From positions 1 to 36,281 of the forward strand of contig DASXQR010000056.1 of NCBI GenBank assembly GCA_036507075.1: a DNA stretch of 36,281 nt. Direction: 5' to 3'. The notes under the pieces are model-generated. The model was not told the DNA's origin and did no database searches. It saw only the letters and a list, made by a program, of their open reading frames with translations. Position numbers and translations under genes: made by a program. The DNA comes from Acidobacteriota bacterium. GTDB lineage: Bacteria > Acidobacteriota > UBA6911 > JACQSX01. Shown here piece by piece: positions 8,746 through 17,916 of this stretch; position 1 is the first letter of the stretch; each line of letters opens with the position of its first letter.

Positions 8746-10419
8746 TTATCTTCTTGTGTCAGATGTCGGAGATTTAGACAACGGCTTTCGCTTCTGAGAG
8801 GCAGGTTCCCGGGGTCTCGCCCCCGAAGAAAAAATGTTCTTCTGTGCCAGAAGTTGCTTTTGTACCAGCGGCGAAGTACAGGTAATCCCGGCGATGCCGT
8901 TGTCGGTAATGACATTTCGCTCCAGAACCGGATTGGCGCGATCAAGAACTTCGATGCCTGCACGCAGCTTGCCCGCCGTTTTGCCGTTTCTGGTGACCAG
9001 ATTGTAGCTCACTCGGGGATTTGCGTCCCCGGCGATAAGAATTCCGGCGCCTGGATTATCGTGAATGTAGTTGCCATGCAGCACGGCCTCCGACCGGCCG
9101 TCAATCCGAATGGCTGTGCCGGAAGCTCCGGAGATCTCGATGTCGTCGACCGTCAATCCGGAGTCTGCAATGTTCAGGCCTACGGCGCCGGAAGTGCGCG
9201 GGTCGCACTCTATTCGGAAACCGGCCAGCCGGCCCGACGTCATCCCGCTGGCAGAAACTGCCGCCTTATTGCCAGACTGCAGCACGCCCGGTTTGATTAC
9301 CGCTTCCAGTGGCTTCTGGCTGATCAGGCTTACCCCGTCCTTCAACTGAATCTGCTCGGCATACTCGCCGGGTGAAACTTCGATCACATCACCGGGTCGA
9401 GCTTTTTCCAGCGCGTGATGGATCGTGGGGAAATCAGGGTTTGAGAAAGCCACGACCAGTTTATTTGAGGCAGAAACAAAAGGATTCACCTGGCTTATGT
9501 TGTTGTGGCGCAGGATTTGAAGAAGAAGGACGATCAAGACTCCGGCAATTGCGCCATAAACCAGCAGGGCCCACGGATTGAACAGCAGACGCCGCGAATC
9601 ACCGACAAATTTCCGGATGGCGGGACCTGCGGAGGATTGCACAGCTCCGGCGCGTCTGTGGAAAGCTTTCCCTTCTCCCAGGATCAGCGAGATGTTGTCT
9701 TTGCCGCCGGCCTCATTCGCCAGGTCGATCAGCTCCTTTACTGCGTGACCTGGCTCTCCCGCGGAATTTTCCACCACCTTGAGAATCTGATTGGAAGTAA
9801 GCAGATCGGTCAAGCCGTCCGTGCAGAGCAGGATCGCGGAATCAGGTTCAAAGGGAACCTGGATGATTTCGATAAAGTTATCGCCGTCAGGCTCCTGCAG
9901 TTCTGATCCGACAACCCGGTAAACCTCGTTCCGGCGCGGGTGACGCATGGCGGCAATCTCACTCAACTCGCCAGCGTCTTCTCTTTCGCCAACGGGCGAG
10001 TGGTCATGAGTGATTTTCAGCATTTGCCCGTCTCGAATCTTGTAAAGCCGCGTATCACCAACATGACCGATGGTGATCTGGCCATTCTCGACCAGCGCAA
10101 CTGTAAGCACACAGGCCATTCCGTTCCAATCGGTTTTGGTCTGCGCGACTCTATAAATCTCGTTGTTAGCGACCGTAATAGCTTCTTTGATACGGTCGAT
10201 TACCGTTCCGGTTCTTCTTTCCAGTCGAGTCCGGATTCGAGACAACGCGATCTCTGCAGCCTTTTCTCCTGCGGCCTGCCCCCCGACGCCGTCCACTACC
10301 AGAAAAATCCCGCGCGACACGTCGTAGTAAAGCCGGTCTTCGTTATTTTGCCTGGCCTTGCCGGGGTCGGAGTCGCCGCTGGCTTTCCACATCGTTGAAT
10401 CAGGCTTTTTCTCAGGCAT
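8746..10419 (-). CDS. PP2C/PstP-like Ser/Thr phosphatase with TM helix and right-handed beta-helix (pectin-lyase-like) domain
   Basis: NED, VVDGVGG, HVGDTRLY, THDHS, LCTDGL, GGKDN; TM; PGDVIEVSPGEY and repeated N..GI beta-helix turns. Start 10419 or 10392. Confidence 0.92.
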   Translation of the reverse strand: MPEKKPDSTMWKASGDSDPGKARQNNEDRLYYDVSRGIFLVVDGVGGQAAGEKAAEIALSRIRTRLERRTGTVIDRIKEAITVANNEIYRVAQTKTDWNGMACVLTVALVENGQITIGHVGDTRLYKIRDGQMLKITHDHSPVGEREDAGELSEIAAMRHPRRNEVYRVVGSELQEPDGDNFIEIIQVPFEPDSAILLCTDGLTDLLTSNQILKVVENSAGEPGHAVKELIDLANEAGGKDNISLILGEGKAFHRRAGAVQSSAGPAIRKFVGDSRRLLFNPWALLVYGAIAGVLIVLLLQILRHNNISQVNPFVSASNKLVVAFSNPDFPTIHHALEKARPGDVIEVSPGEYAEQIQLKDGVSLISQKPLEAVIKPGVLQSGNKAAVSASGMTSGRLAGFRIECDPRTSGAVGLNIADSGLTVDDIEISGASGTAIRIDGRSEAVLHGNYIHDNPGAGILIAGDANPRVSYNLVTRNGKTAGKLRAGIEVLDRANPVLERNVITDNGIAGITCTSPLVQKQLLAQKNIFSSGARPREPASQKRKPLSKSPTSDTRR

Positions 10420-10454
10420 AAGAACCAATTACGCTGGAGCTTCTACATTTTCCG

Positions 10455-10597
10455 CTGTAGCGACGCGGCATGCCCCTGTAGCGACGCGGCATGCCGCGTC
10501 AGAGTTAGCCGCGACATGTCGCGGCTCTGTCGCCGCCGGTCTACCTGGCCGCGACATGTCGCGGCCCCCTCAGACGCGGCATGCCGCGTCGCTACAG
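10455..10597. repeat. GTAG-type REP doublet (REPIN/BIME-like) with nested palindromes
   Basis: CTGTAGCGACGCGGCATGCCGCGTC (10476-10500) / inverted 10573-10597, a partial direct duplicate at 10455-10474, and inner palindrome GCCGCGACATGTCGCGGC twice. Confidence 0.88.
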
Positions 10598-10628
10598 GCG
10601 CCGCGAAGCGACGTAACTAACGTTCAAA

Positions 10629-10676
10629 ATTACTTGCGCTTCTCATTACTTGCGCTTCTCATTACTTGCGCTTCTC
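10629..10676. repeat. Three perfect tandem 16-mers ATTACTTGCGCTTCTC
   Basis: Exact copies at 10629, 10645 and 10661. Confidence 0.92.
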
Positions 10677-10759
10677 CTCAAAGTAATGCACCACTAGAAA
10701 TCCGAAAGCCACGAGCAGCAGCATCAGCAGAAAAATGTACTTGCTCCAGAATAGAAGAG

Positions 10760-11632
10760 TCATATCGCCTGAAATTCCAGAAATATTACTTCGGCCAGTC
10801 CAATTCGAGCCTTGGGCGGGAGAGGAAACCACAAATCCTTGTCCTGTCTGTCATCGCCGGCAACCTCGACGCTTGAGGGGATTTTCTTTCCATCCACGGT
10901 AGTCCCGAATTTGCTCAGGTCCTTGATGAAAAACTGGCCGTTGTCGTCGTCGCGCCGCAGCCGCAGGTGCTCGCGCGATACGTCGGGAGTGGAGAAGAGC
11001 TGCAGGTCGACCCAGTAATCGACGCCTCCCCGCCCTACCACGATCTGGTTTTTCTTCATCATATAAACCTGTTTTCCATGATCGTCTTCGTAACTGATCT
11101 TAGCCAGCGCGTTTGCCGTATCCTCAGGAGAAGGTGTACCGCCCGATTGCCGGTCGGTCTCCTGGTAGACCTTGCGCAGCATTCTTGTCTCCCCGCCCGA
11201 TCGCATAGTGACGATACGCTTGGTCTTCGCTCCCGCTCCATATTTCTGTGCGGCGGGGAGGGTCAACCGGGAGTCGATCACAATGTCGCCTTTGTTTGCG
11301 TCTTCATCGGTATTTTTGTAGAGGGTGATATACCACTCCGATTCGGCGCGTTCGTACTTCATTTCGTCTTTCTCAAAGATAGGAAGCATCTTGAACAGCT
11401 TGGGCGGCTCGGTCGCCTGGTTAAGCCGTTGAAGTTCTTTATCGAGGGCCGACCTGGCCTCTTCGACCACTTTGGGCCAGATTCCTTCGAGCCGCTCATA
11501 ATCGTTCAGATGCAGATAAACGTCGAATATGCTGGGCACCAGCGTCTTATAGAGCAGGGGTTCGAGGCCGGTATGCAGATTTTCGATGATTGCCAGAATG
11601 ATTTCGCGTGCTGTCGCCTGCTGTTGTTCCAT
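10760..11632 (-). CDS. Second FhaA-like protein (DUF3662-like plus FHA domain)
   Basis: LVPSIFDVYLHLNDYERL is DUF3662-like; FHA motifs VGRG, VSREH, IKDLSKFGT. Confidence 0.85.
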   Translation of the reverse strand: MEQQQATAREIILAIIENLHTGLEPLLYKTLVPSIFDVYLHLNDYERLEGIWPKVVEEARSALDKELQRLNQATEPPKLFKMLPIFEKDEMKYERAESEWYITLYKNTDEDANKGDIVIDSRLTLPAAQKYGAGAKTKRIVTMRSGGETRMLRKVYQETDRQSGGTPSPEDTANALAKISYEDDHGKQVYMMKKNQIVVGRGGVDYWVDLQLFSTPDVSREHLRLRRDDDNGQFFIKDLSKFGTTVDGKKIPSSVEVAGDDRQDKDLWFPLPPKARIGLAEVIFLEFQAI

Positions 11633-11783
11633 AGTCAGAGTTTAGTTTTGTGGGGCCGTCAACCTGTTAACCCTAGCCAATCCGGTCGTGTGGCGATAGT
11701 GAGCGTTCGACGAATGCACCAAGAACATCGCTATCAGTAAAGCGCTTATTTCCTTCAGGATCAAGTGGGCGAAAGGAAAGGCC

Positions 11784-11982
11784 TGTCCGTGGTCCGTGGT
11801 CCGTTGCTGGCTCAAAAGTCGAAGGTCGAAAGTCGAAACTCAAAAGTCGAAGGTCAAAGGTCAAAGGTTGAATGTCAAAGGTCGAAAATCAAAGTCGGAC
11901 GGCAAGCTTCGACTTCCGATCTTCGACTTTCGATCTTCGACTTTCGATCTTCGACTTAGATACGGACCACTGACCACTGACA
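11784..11982. repeat. Nested inverted heptamer arrays
   Basis: Outer (GTCCGTG)n / (ACGGACC, ACTGACC)n; inner (GTCGAAR, GTCAAAG)n 11811-11899 / (TTCGACT, TTCGATC)n 11908-11956. Confidence 0.88.
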
Positions 11983-11985
11983 AAA

Positions 11986-13398
11986 TCAGCGAAACTGGCC
12001 CGCAGTAAATGTTGTCCAGCGCTGCGAATTCATGTCTCGCAGGAATTCCTTCTGCCAGGCGAATTCCGGATGAGCCTGCAGGTGATCTTTGGCCTTGAAA
12101 TGGATGCCGCAGGCATGACCGGCTACCGCTACCAGCGACATGCGTTCCGCAAGAACGCTGCTGGTTACTTTGTTTTGCGCGGCACCGGCGGGTCCGTAAG
12201 GAGGCTGCCAGCTTCCGCTTCCCCGCGGGGAGAGGTCAATGTGACCGCACAGAGTGCGTTCTGTCGGCTCCTTCCTTTTTGCAAAGGTATCGAAGTGGTC
12301 CGAAAGGAAACGCTGACCAGCGGCGACATCGATTTTGCCTCTGTTTTCTTTCATTAACTGTTCCCACCGGATGCGCCGGGCGTTCGCGCTCAGGCTGCCG
12401 TCTTTCAAGTCAAAACCTGTTTCTTCCCGCGCCAGTTTCTCGCTCACCGGGAAATTGGAGCCCACAAAGTAGCCGTCGCGGGTCCGGCTCAAGTTGACGT
12501 TCTTCAGCCCAAGTTCCAGGTCGGCAATCTCATTGGTTTTTCGGTCGGCAACCAGCCAGTTATTTGCATATCCGCCGTTATTGCCCTCGACCATAATCGT
12601 TTTGAAATCATCGATGGAAGTGGCATACTGCATCGCTTTGCGTGCGCGGACAAATTCGGGAATACCGCCGGAATCCCAGCCCTGAAACTGAGTAATGGTG
12701 GTTTCGGTAATCATGATGCCAGCCGAATTGACTCCAAAGTCATCGGCGCTGTGAATCAAACCGGGAAAGCCGTCCATCAGAATGTGCCGGCCCTGCGTGG
12801 GTCGGATATCAAATATGATGTTCCAACGCTGCCCATCCATGTAGCGTGTCCAGGCATTATGTCCCATCACCACGCGCCCGTCGCGCGTGTAGCTTCCGGT
12901 TGCAACAAAGGCGCTGCAGCGTTCGGCTTTGGGAGTGGCCGGTCCTTCAGGGCCCTTTTTCTCCTGCTTCAGGAAATCCAGATAGTAAGGAAGTTCCAGC
13001 CAGGCGTTTGTGGCCACCACGTCCCAGATATCCAATGGCACGCCTCTGGCCTTCAAACCCTCGACGATTCCGTTCAACTCGTCGCGGTACTCCTGCTCGA
13101 TGCGGGGCCAAAGAATGTTTTTGGCAGCATCCCGAAAAAACTCCCACTCCTTCTTGGAGTCGTAAGTAAGTTCAAGCGCCACCACTTTCCTGGCATCGTC
13201 GATCTCCGGCGCGAGCAGGTAGCCGTGCTGAAATCCGATGTCTGCGGGCTTGCCTTCCAGATGTGTATAAATCCAGCCGTTTGGGGCGTTGTGACGGTAG
13301 GCGCCCTGTAGTCGGGGATCCGCGTCTGTGCCAGGCAGGATCAGTCCCAGCGAAAACACAGAGAGCAGGAACAAAAGCAAAAGAATGTGGCGTTTCAT
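11986..13398 (-). CDS. Secreted C45 / phospholipase-B-like Ntn hydrolase
   Basis: GGAGG RBS, signal peptide MKRHILLLLFLLSVFSLG, nucleophile motif RCSAFVAT, GHNAW, NNGGYANNWL. Confidence 0.85.
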   Translation of the reverse strand: MKRHILLLLFLLSVFSLGLILPGTDADPRLQGAYRHNAPNGWIYTHLEGKPADIGFQHGYLLAPEIDDARKVVALELTYDSKKEWEFFRDAAKNILWPRIEQEYRDELNGIVEGLKARGVPLDIWDVVATNAWLELPYYLDFLKQEKKGPEGPATPKAERCSAFVATGSYTRDGRVVMGHNAWTRYMDGQRWNIIFDIRPTQGRHILMDGFPGLIHSADDFGVNSAGIMITETTITQFQGWDSGGIPEFVRARKAMQYATSIDDFKTIMVEGNNGGYANNWLVADRKTNEIADLELGLKNVNLSRTRDGYFVGSNFPVSEKLAREETGFDLKDGSLSANARRIRWEQLMKENRGKIDVAAGQRFLSDHFDTFAKRKEPTERTLCGHIDLSPRGSGSWQPPYGPAGAAQNKVTSSVLAERMSLVAVAGHACGIHFKAKDHLQAHPEFAWQKEFLRDMNSQRWTTFTAGQFR

Positions 13399-13548
13399 GG
13401 TGTTTTTCCTCCGGGTCTCCTCAAGCGACAGATCGGCTACGCAAAAAGGCGACAACGTTGTATTCTGACACAGCAGCAGACGATCAGCTGAAGTTTTTGG
13501 TCCCCTGCTGTCCAGTACCCAATTGCGTAAGTTCGCGTATGAATTCTC

Positions 13549-13690
13549 ACCACGAAGGCACAAAGATCACAAAGCCTGACTAGGGGCAGGGAGAGTCCGG
13601 TCAGAATACACTGCCACGGGGTTCACTTTGAGAACTGACCGGACTCTGCCTGCCTCTCGTCTGACTTCGTGATCTTTGTGCCTTTGTGGT
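13549..13690. repeat. Composite palindromic element family A, copy 3
   Basis: ACCACGAAGGCACAAAGATCACAAAG...GGGGCAGGGAGAGTCCGGTCA followed by its reverse arm, around a 32-nt loop (13604-13635). Confidence 0.88.
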
Positions 13691-13706
13691 CAAATTTGGA
13701 GATGAC

Positions 13707-15101
13707 GTGAGAGCTGGCATTGTCCTATCGTGCATTATTCTCTTTCTTCTCTGTTCCGTCCCGGCGGATGGATGGCGCGGTGCCCAAGGCGTGCCCACTC
13801 GTCCCGATGTGGTAATCCTGCTTACCGACCAACAGCGCGGCGACGCTTTTGGAGCGGCAGGGAATTCATCGATAGCAACTCCATCGATGGATCGACTGGC
13901 GCGGGAGGGGTTTGTTTTTACCAATGCATTCTGTGCCACACCTCAGTGCTCTCCGTCCCGCGCGGCTCTTCTGACCGGGAGATATCCGCATCGGACCGGA
14001 GTAATGGGAAACGTGGAACTGCGGAGTAGCGCAGGTTTATCCGCTCCGCTCAGCCCCGAGATTGCCGGCCTGGCGAAGATTCTTTCAGGCGCCGGTTACG
14101 AGACAGCTTACTTTGGCAAATGGCACCTGGGAGGCAATCCTTCAGAGCACGGTTTCCAGTCTTCCATGCCCGACAGCGGCACGCCGCTGGAGGGGACGCT
14201 GAAGTTTCTCGAAAACCGGAAGGGATCACAAGCGGGGCGACGCCCTCTTTTGCTGTTTGTGAGCTGGCTGAGTCCGCACCAAATCTATGCAGTCAATGAT
14301 TCGCGGGCGACAGACGTGGCGGGCGACTCGGCCAGTCTGGCCACAATCCCACTGCCGGCCAATCTACGGGATAACCTTCAAGGAAAGCCTTTTCCCCAAG
14401 TCCACTTTCTGAAGGAAGACCAGGGAAAGCCGTTCCAAAACTATCGGCCCGAGGACTGGAGACGTTATATCTCTTTTTACAACCGCCTGGTCGCGCAGGT
14501 GGATCGTGAAATCGGTCAGGTCGTTCGCGCCGTACGGGAAGAAAGTGCCAACAGTCTCATCTTTTTTTCCTCCGACCATGGAGATCTGGGCGGGGCCCAC
14601 GGCCTGCCTTTCAAGGGGCCGGCCATGTACGAAGAACTGGTGCGAGTGCCGTTGCTGTTCTCCTGGCCGGGCCGGTTGAAACCAGGTGTTACTCGAGAAC
14701 TGGTAAGCAACATCGATGTTCTTCCCACCATTTGCGAACTGCTGAGTCTGCCTGTGCCTGACGGAGTGGACGGCATCTCGCTGGCTTCAATTCTGCTGGG
14801 GCGCAACAGAGAGCTTCGTCGAGATGCGTTGTTTGGGGAGTATTACGGAAAACAGAATTGGCGAGTTCCCATTCGAATGGTGCGAACCAGAGACTGGAAA
14901 TACGTTCGCTACGTCAAATATGGCGAGGAGCTTTATGACCTGCAATCGGATCCGGGAGAGTTAAGGAACCTTGCCGCCGCGCCCACGGCGGCCGGCCGGC
15001 GCAAAGAGTTGTCATCGCGCCTCGATCGCTGGATTGCGCAGACAAAAGATCCTTTTCCGCAGTTAACTGTAACCGACCGTTCCGGCCGAGTGCTTCAGTA
15101 A
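13707..15101 (+). CDS. Exported formylglycine-dependent sulfatase
   Basis: LLTDQQR, CSPSRAALLTG (CxPxR), GKWHL, SDHG, YEELVRVP; signal peptide; GGAG RBS before GTG 13707. Confidence 0.92.
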   Translation: MRAGIVLSCIILFLLCSVPADGWRGAQGVPTRPDVVILLTDQQRGDAFGAAGNSSIATPSMDRLAREGFVFTNAFCATPQCSPSRAALLTGRYPHRTGVMGNVELRSSAGLSAPLSPEIAGLAKILSGAGYETAYFGKWHLGGNPSEHGFQSSMPDSGTPLEGTLKFLENRKGSQAGRRPLLLFVSWLSPHQIYAVNDSRATDVAGDSASLATIPLPANLRDNLQGKPFPQVHFLKEDQGKPFQNYRPEDWRRYISFYNRLVAQVDREIGQVVRAVREESANSLIFFSSDHGDLGGAHGLPFKGPAMYEELVRVPLLFSWPGRLKPGVTRELVSNIDVLPTICELLSLPVPDGVDGISLASILLGRNRELRRDALFGEYYGKQNWRVPIRMVRTRDWKYVRYVKYGEELYDLQSDPGELRNLAAAPTAAGRRKELSSRLDRWIAQTKDPFPQLTVTDRSGRVLQ

Positions 15102-15135
15102 GAAATCTGTGGTTAAGACTTCCGCCAGTCTAAGA

Positions 15136-15270
15136 GTTTTCAGGTTGCGGGTTTTCGGGTTGCGGGTTTCAAGATGTGAATTGGACTGGCCGATGGTAAT
15201 AAAGTCATGGACTACCGGGACACCAAGCCAGTTCAACCCATAACCCGAAAACCCGTAACCCGAAAACCGA
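15136..15270. repeat. Inverted 7/8-mer array element
   Basis: (GGTTGCG, GGTTTTCG)n ... TTGGACTGGC [36 nt] GCCAGTTCAA ... (TAACCCG, AAAACCCG)n. Confidence 0.8.
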
Positions 15271-15373
15271 CACCGGCACATGGCTCAGTAGCAGTTTCAC
15301 CAAAAAACACTCGCCTTCAAACAGGCTTCGCTGTAAATTTTTGTCTCTTCGAGTTCCTACACGGGAGATTGCA

Positions 15374-16252
15374 ATGAAAATCTGCATGCACAACTGGATG
15401 CGCCCCGAGCCGATAGAGGTCACTCTCAAACGCCTCAGTCGTCTGGGCTATGACGGGATCGAAATCATGGGGGAACCCCGGAAATATGATTGGAAGGACG
15501 TGCGCTCTCTGCTGAAGAAATACAAGCTGGAGTGCTGGGGTTCGGTCAGCATTATGATCGGCGGACGGGACCTGATTCACGCAGACCCGTACTTTCGCGA
15601 CATGAGTGTCGCCTATCTGAAGGAATGTGTTGACATGATTCACGAATTGGGAGGTCAGATTTTCTGTTTGGTGCCCAGCGAAGTGGGAAAGACAAAAGCG
15701 ATGGCCGATCCAGACACGGAATGGAAGTGGGCTGTGGATGGGCTGAAAAAGGTGGCCGATTACGCCAGAAAACGCAAGGTACGAATCGGCTTGGAACCCC
15801 TCAATCGCTTTGAAACCAACTTCCTGAATCGACACGACCAGGCTCTCCTGCTGGCAGAGGAAGTGGGTGACGACATCGGCGTTACGCTTGACGCTTTCCA
15901 CATCAATATTGAAGAGTCCGATCCATACCAGGCAATTCTCAACACGGGCAAGAAGCTGGTCGATTTCCACGTTGCGGACAACAATCGTCGACCTCCCGGG
16001 GAAGGCGCCTGGGACTGGAAGAAACTGATCGCTACTCTCAAGAAGGCAGGCTACAAGGGGTATCTCACCAGTGAGTTTGTCGTGCCTTTCGACCGTTCGC
16101 CGCTGCGCGGAAGACAGGAGGAAGCAGGCACTTCGGCCAGCGAGGCCGAATTGAAATTCATTCGCGACCACGGCAGTGACTTGATGAGCGACGCGCAGTA
16201 TTCACGACACGTAGCCGACACCATCAAGCATCTCAAAGCGAGCGGGGCTTAA
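15374..16252 (+). CDS. Sugar phosphate isomerase/epimerase (D-tagatose/D-psicose 3-epimerase family)
   Basis: LEPLNRFE, LDAFH, HVADNNRRPPG and SEF metal-ligand pattern; GGGAG RBS. Confidence 0.9.
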   Translation: MKICMHNWMRPEPIEVTLKRLSRLGYDGIEIMGEPRKYDWKDVRSLLKKYKLECWGSVSIMIGGRDLIHADPYFRDMSVAYLKECVDMIHELGGQIFCLVPSEVGKTKAMADPDTEWKWAVDGLKKVADYARKRKVRIGLEPLNRFETNFLNRHDQALLLAEEVGDDIGVTLDAFHINIEESDPYQAILNTGKKLVDFHVADNNRRPPGEGAWDWKKLIATLKKAGYKGYLTSEFVVPFDRSPLRGRQEEAGTSASEAELKFIRDHGSDLMSDAQYSRHVADTIKHLKASGA

Positions 16253-16279
16253 ATGCCGTCAAGTCGGATTTCGTGTTGC

Positions 16280-16459
16280 GGTCATTGGTCATTCGTCATT
16301 GGTCATTCGTCATTGTCCGCTGTCAGTGGTCAGTTGCCCGTTGTCTGTTGTTCATTATCGGCGCCTAACGGTCCGTTGAGTGGTCGTGGGCAGCGAATCA
16401 ACCAGTGACTAATGACTAATGACCAATGACTAATGACCAATGACCCATGACCGTTGACC
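16280..16459. repeat. Inverted heptamer arrays (GTCATTG family)
   Basis: (GTCATTG/C)5 plus TCAGTGG-type units facing (TAATGAC/CAATGAC)n. Confidence 0.88.
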
Positions 16460-16478
16460 GTAAGCCGTAAAAATCCCC

Positions 16479-17786
16479 ATGCCGACCGTACTGTTGATAG
16501 GCACTCTGGATACCAAAGGGCCGGAAACTGCCTACCTGCGTAACAGGCTGCAAAAGCTTGGCTGCCAGACTTTGGTCCTCGATTCCGGAATTTTGGGTGA
16601 AGCGCAGGGAATTGAGCCCGACATCGACCGTCGAGTGGTGGCGCGGGCGGCCGGATCGACCATTGAAGCTCTGCGCAACGCCGGCACGCGGGGCGAGGCG
16701 GTCGGAGAAATGCTGCGTGGCGTACGCAAAATCGGACTCGATCTGTACCGGGCGGGGAAGATCCATGGTGTGGCCTCTCTGGGCGGCGCCGAAGGAGCCG
16801 TGCTGGCTGCAGCGGCCATGAAGGAACTTCCCATAGGTGTTCCCAAACTGATTGTCTCGCCCCTCGCATCCGGGCACCGGCGTTTTGGGCCTTTTGTCGG
16901 AACGAAAGACATCCTGGTGATGCATTCCGTGGTGGATATTCTTGGTTTGAACAAAGTGAGCCTTGAAGTTTTTGATAACGCCGCTGCCGCCGTTGCTGGA
17001 ATGGCGGCGGCTTATGAAAAGAAAGCGGCGCAGCGATCCGCTTCGCCAGGGCAATCTTTGCAAAGTCCACCGCTGGAGCGGGCGCAAAAGGGGCGCTCCA
17101 TTGCCGCAACCATGCTTGGCAACACCACCCGTCCTTTGATGCGCATCAAACCGCAGCTCGAGGACCGCGACTTTGAATTCGTTATTTTCCACGCAAATGG
17201 CGTGGGTGGTCCGGCCATGGAGGAGCTGATCATTCAGGGTTTGTTTGACGGTGTGATCGATTACACTTTGAGCGAAGTGGCGGGCCAGGTGGCAGGAGGT
17301 TTTCACGTCGGCGGCCCGGCACGACTGGATGCGGCGGCAAAGCAGGGCTTGCCGCAGGTTGTGGTTCCCGGCTGTCTGGACTTTGTAGTCTTCGGAGCCC
17401 GGCATGAAGTGCCGGAAAAGTTTCGAGGCAGGCCCACCTATTACCACAATCCGGAATTCACTTTGGTTCGAGTTACGCGAAACGAGCAGTTGGAAGCGGC
17501 GCAATTTGTCGCCCAAAAGCTGAAGGTCGCCCGCGGTCCCGTGTCGCTGCTCGTTCCACTCCGAGGCGGCTCGATTATGGACAAGGAGGGAGGCGCTTTC
17601 TGGGACCCGGAAACAAACCGCCTGTGCAACGAAGTGTTGCGCGGAGGGATCGGTGCGCGTGTGAAGTATCGTGAAGTAGATGCGCACATCAATGATGACG
17701 TATTTGCCGACGCGGTCCTGGAAGAAATGTTGGCTTTAATGGAGAATTCATCGAATGCGGATTTCGGAATGCGGAATGCGGAATAA
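16479..17786 (+). CDS. Tm-1-like ATP-binding domain protein (UPF0261)
   Basis: IGTLDTKGPE, LPIGVPKLIVS, MHSVVDILGLN, TMLGNTT, FHANGVGG, PGCLDFV, HNP, HIND. Confidence 0.9.
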   Translation: MPTVLLIGTLDTKGPETAYLRNRLQKLGCQTLVLDSGILGEAQGIEPDIDRRVVARAAGSTIEALRNAGTRGEAVGEMLRGVRKIGLDLYRAGKIHGVASLGGAEGAVLAAAAMKELPIGVPKLIVSPLASGHRRFGPFVGTKDILVMHSVVDILGLNKVSLEVFDNAAAAVAGMAAAYEKKAAQRSASPGQSLQSPPLERAQKGRSIAATMLGNTTRPLMRIKPQLEDRDFEFVIFHANGVGGPAMEELIIQGLFDGVIDYTLSEVAGQVAGGFHVGGPARLDAAAKQGLPQVVVPGCLDFVVFGARHEVPEKFRGRPTYYHNPEFTLVRVTRNEQLEAAQFVAQKLKVARGPVSLLVPLRGGSIMDKEGGAFWDPETNRLCNEVLRGGIGARVKYREVDAHINDDVFADAVLEEMLALMENSSNADFGMRNAE

Positions 17787-17861
17787 GGAATTGATTCAGT
17801 CAACCTTCGTCTCTTAACGACGGGACTATTCCGCATTCCGCATTCCCCAATCCGCATTCGA
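17751..17861. repeat. Inverted heptamer arrays (GAATGCG family)
   Basis: 35-nt arms 17751-17785 / 17827-17861, 33 of 35 complementary, around a 41-nt core; overlaps the Tm-1 stop codon. Confidence 0.88.
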
Positions 17862-17916
17862 AAGAGAGACTGCAAGAAAAGTATCGTTTCGAAACATTCG
17901 CATTGGAGGCGCGATC

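Noticed and set aside
10358..10876. 172-aa ORF with repeated VATRHA
   Set aside because: Translation of the GTAG REP cluster; it overlaps two real genes in antisense.
11748..11764. Motif ATTTCCTTCAGGATCAA resembling ATTTCCTTCCGGATCGA at about 19027-19043
   Set aside because: Only two imperfect 17-nt copies; could be chance or a decayed repeat layer.
11673..12008. Short low-complexity ORFs (SKVE/FDFR repeats)
   Set aside because: Products of heptamer arrays, with no RBS or family signal. The same applies to 21228-21443 and 35343-35684.
769..13690. CRISPR array, suggested by conserved repeats with 32-37 nt unique inserts
   Set aside because: The repeats are inverted pairs dispersed between genes, not tandem direct repeats, and no cas genes are present.
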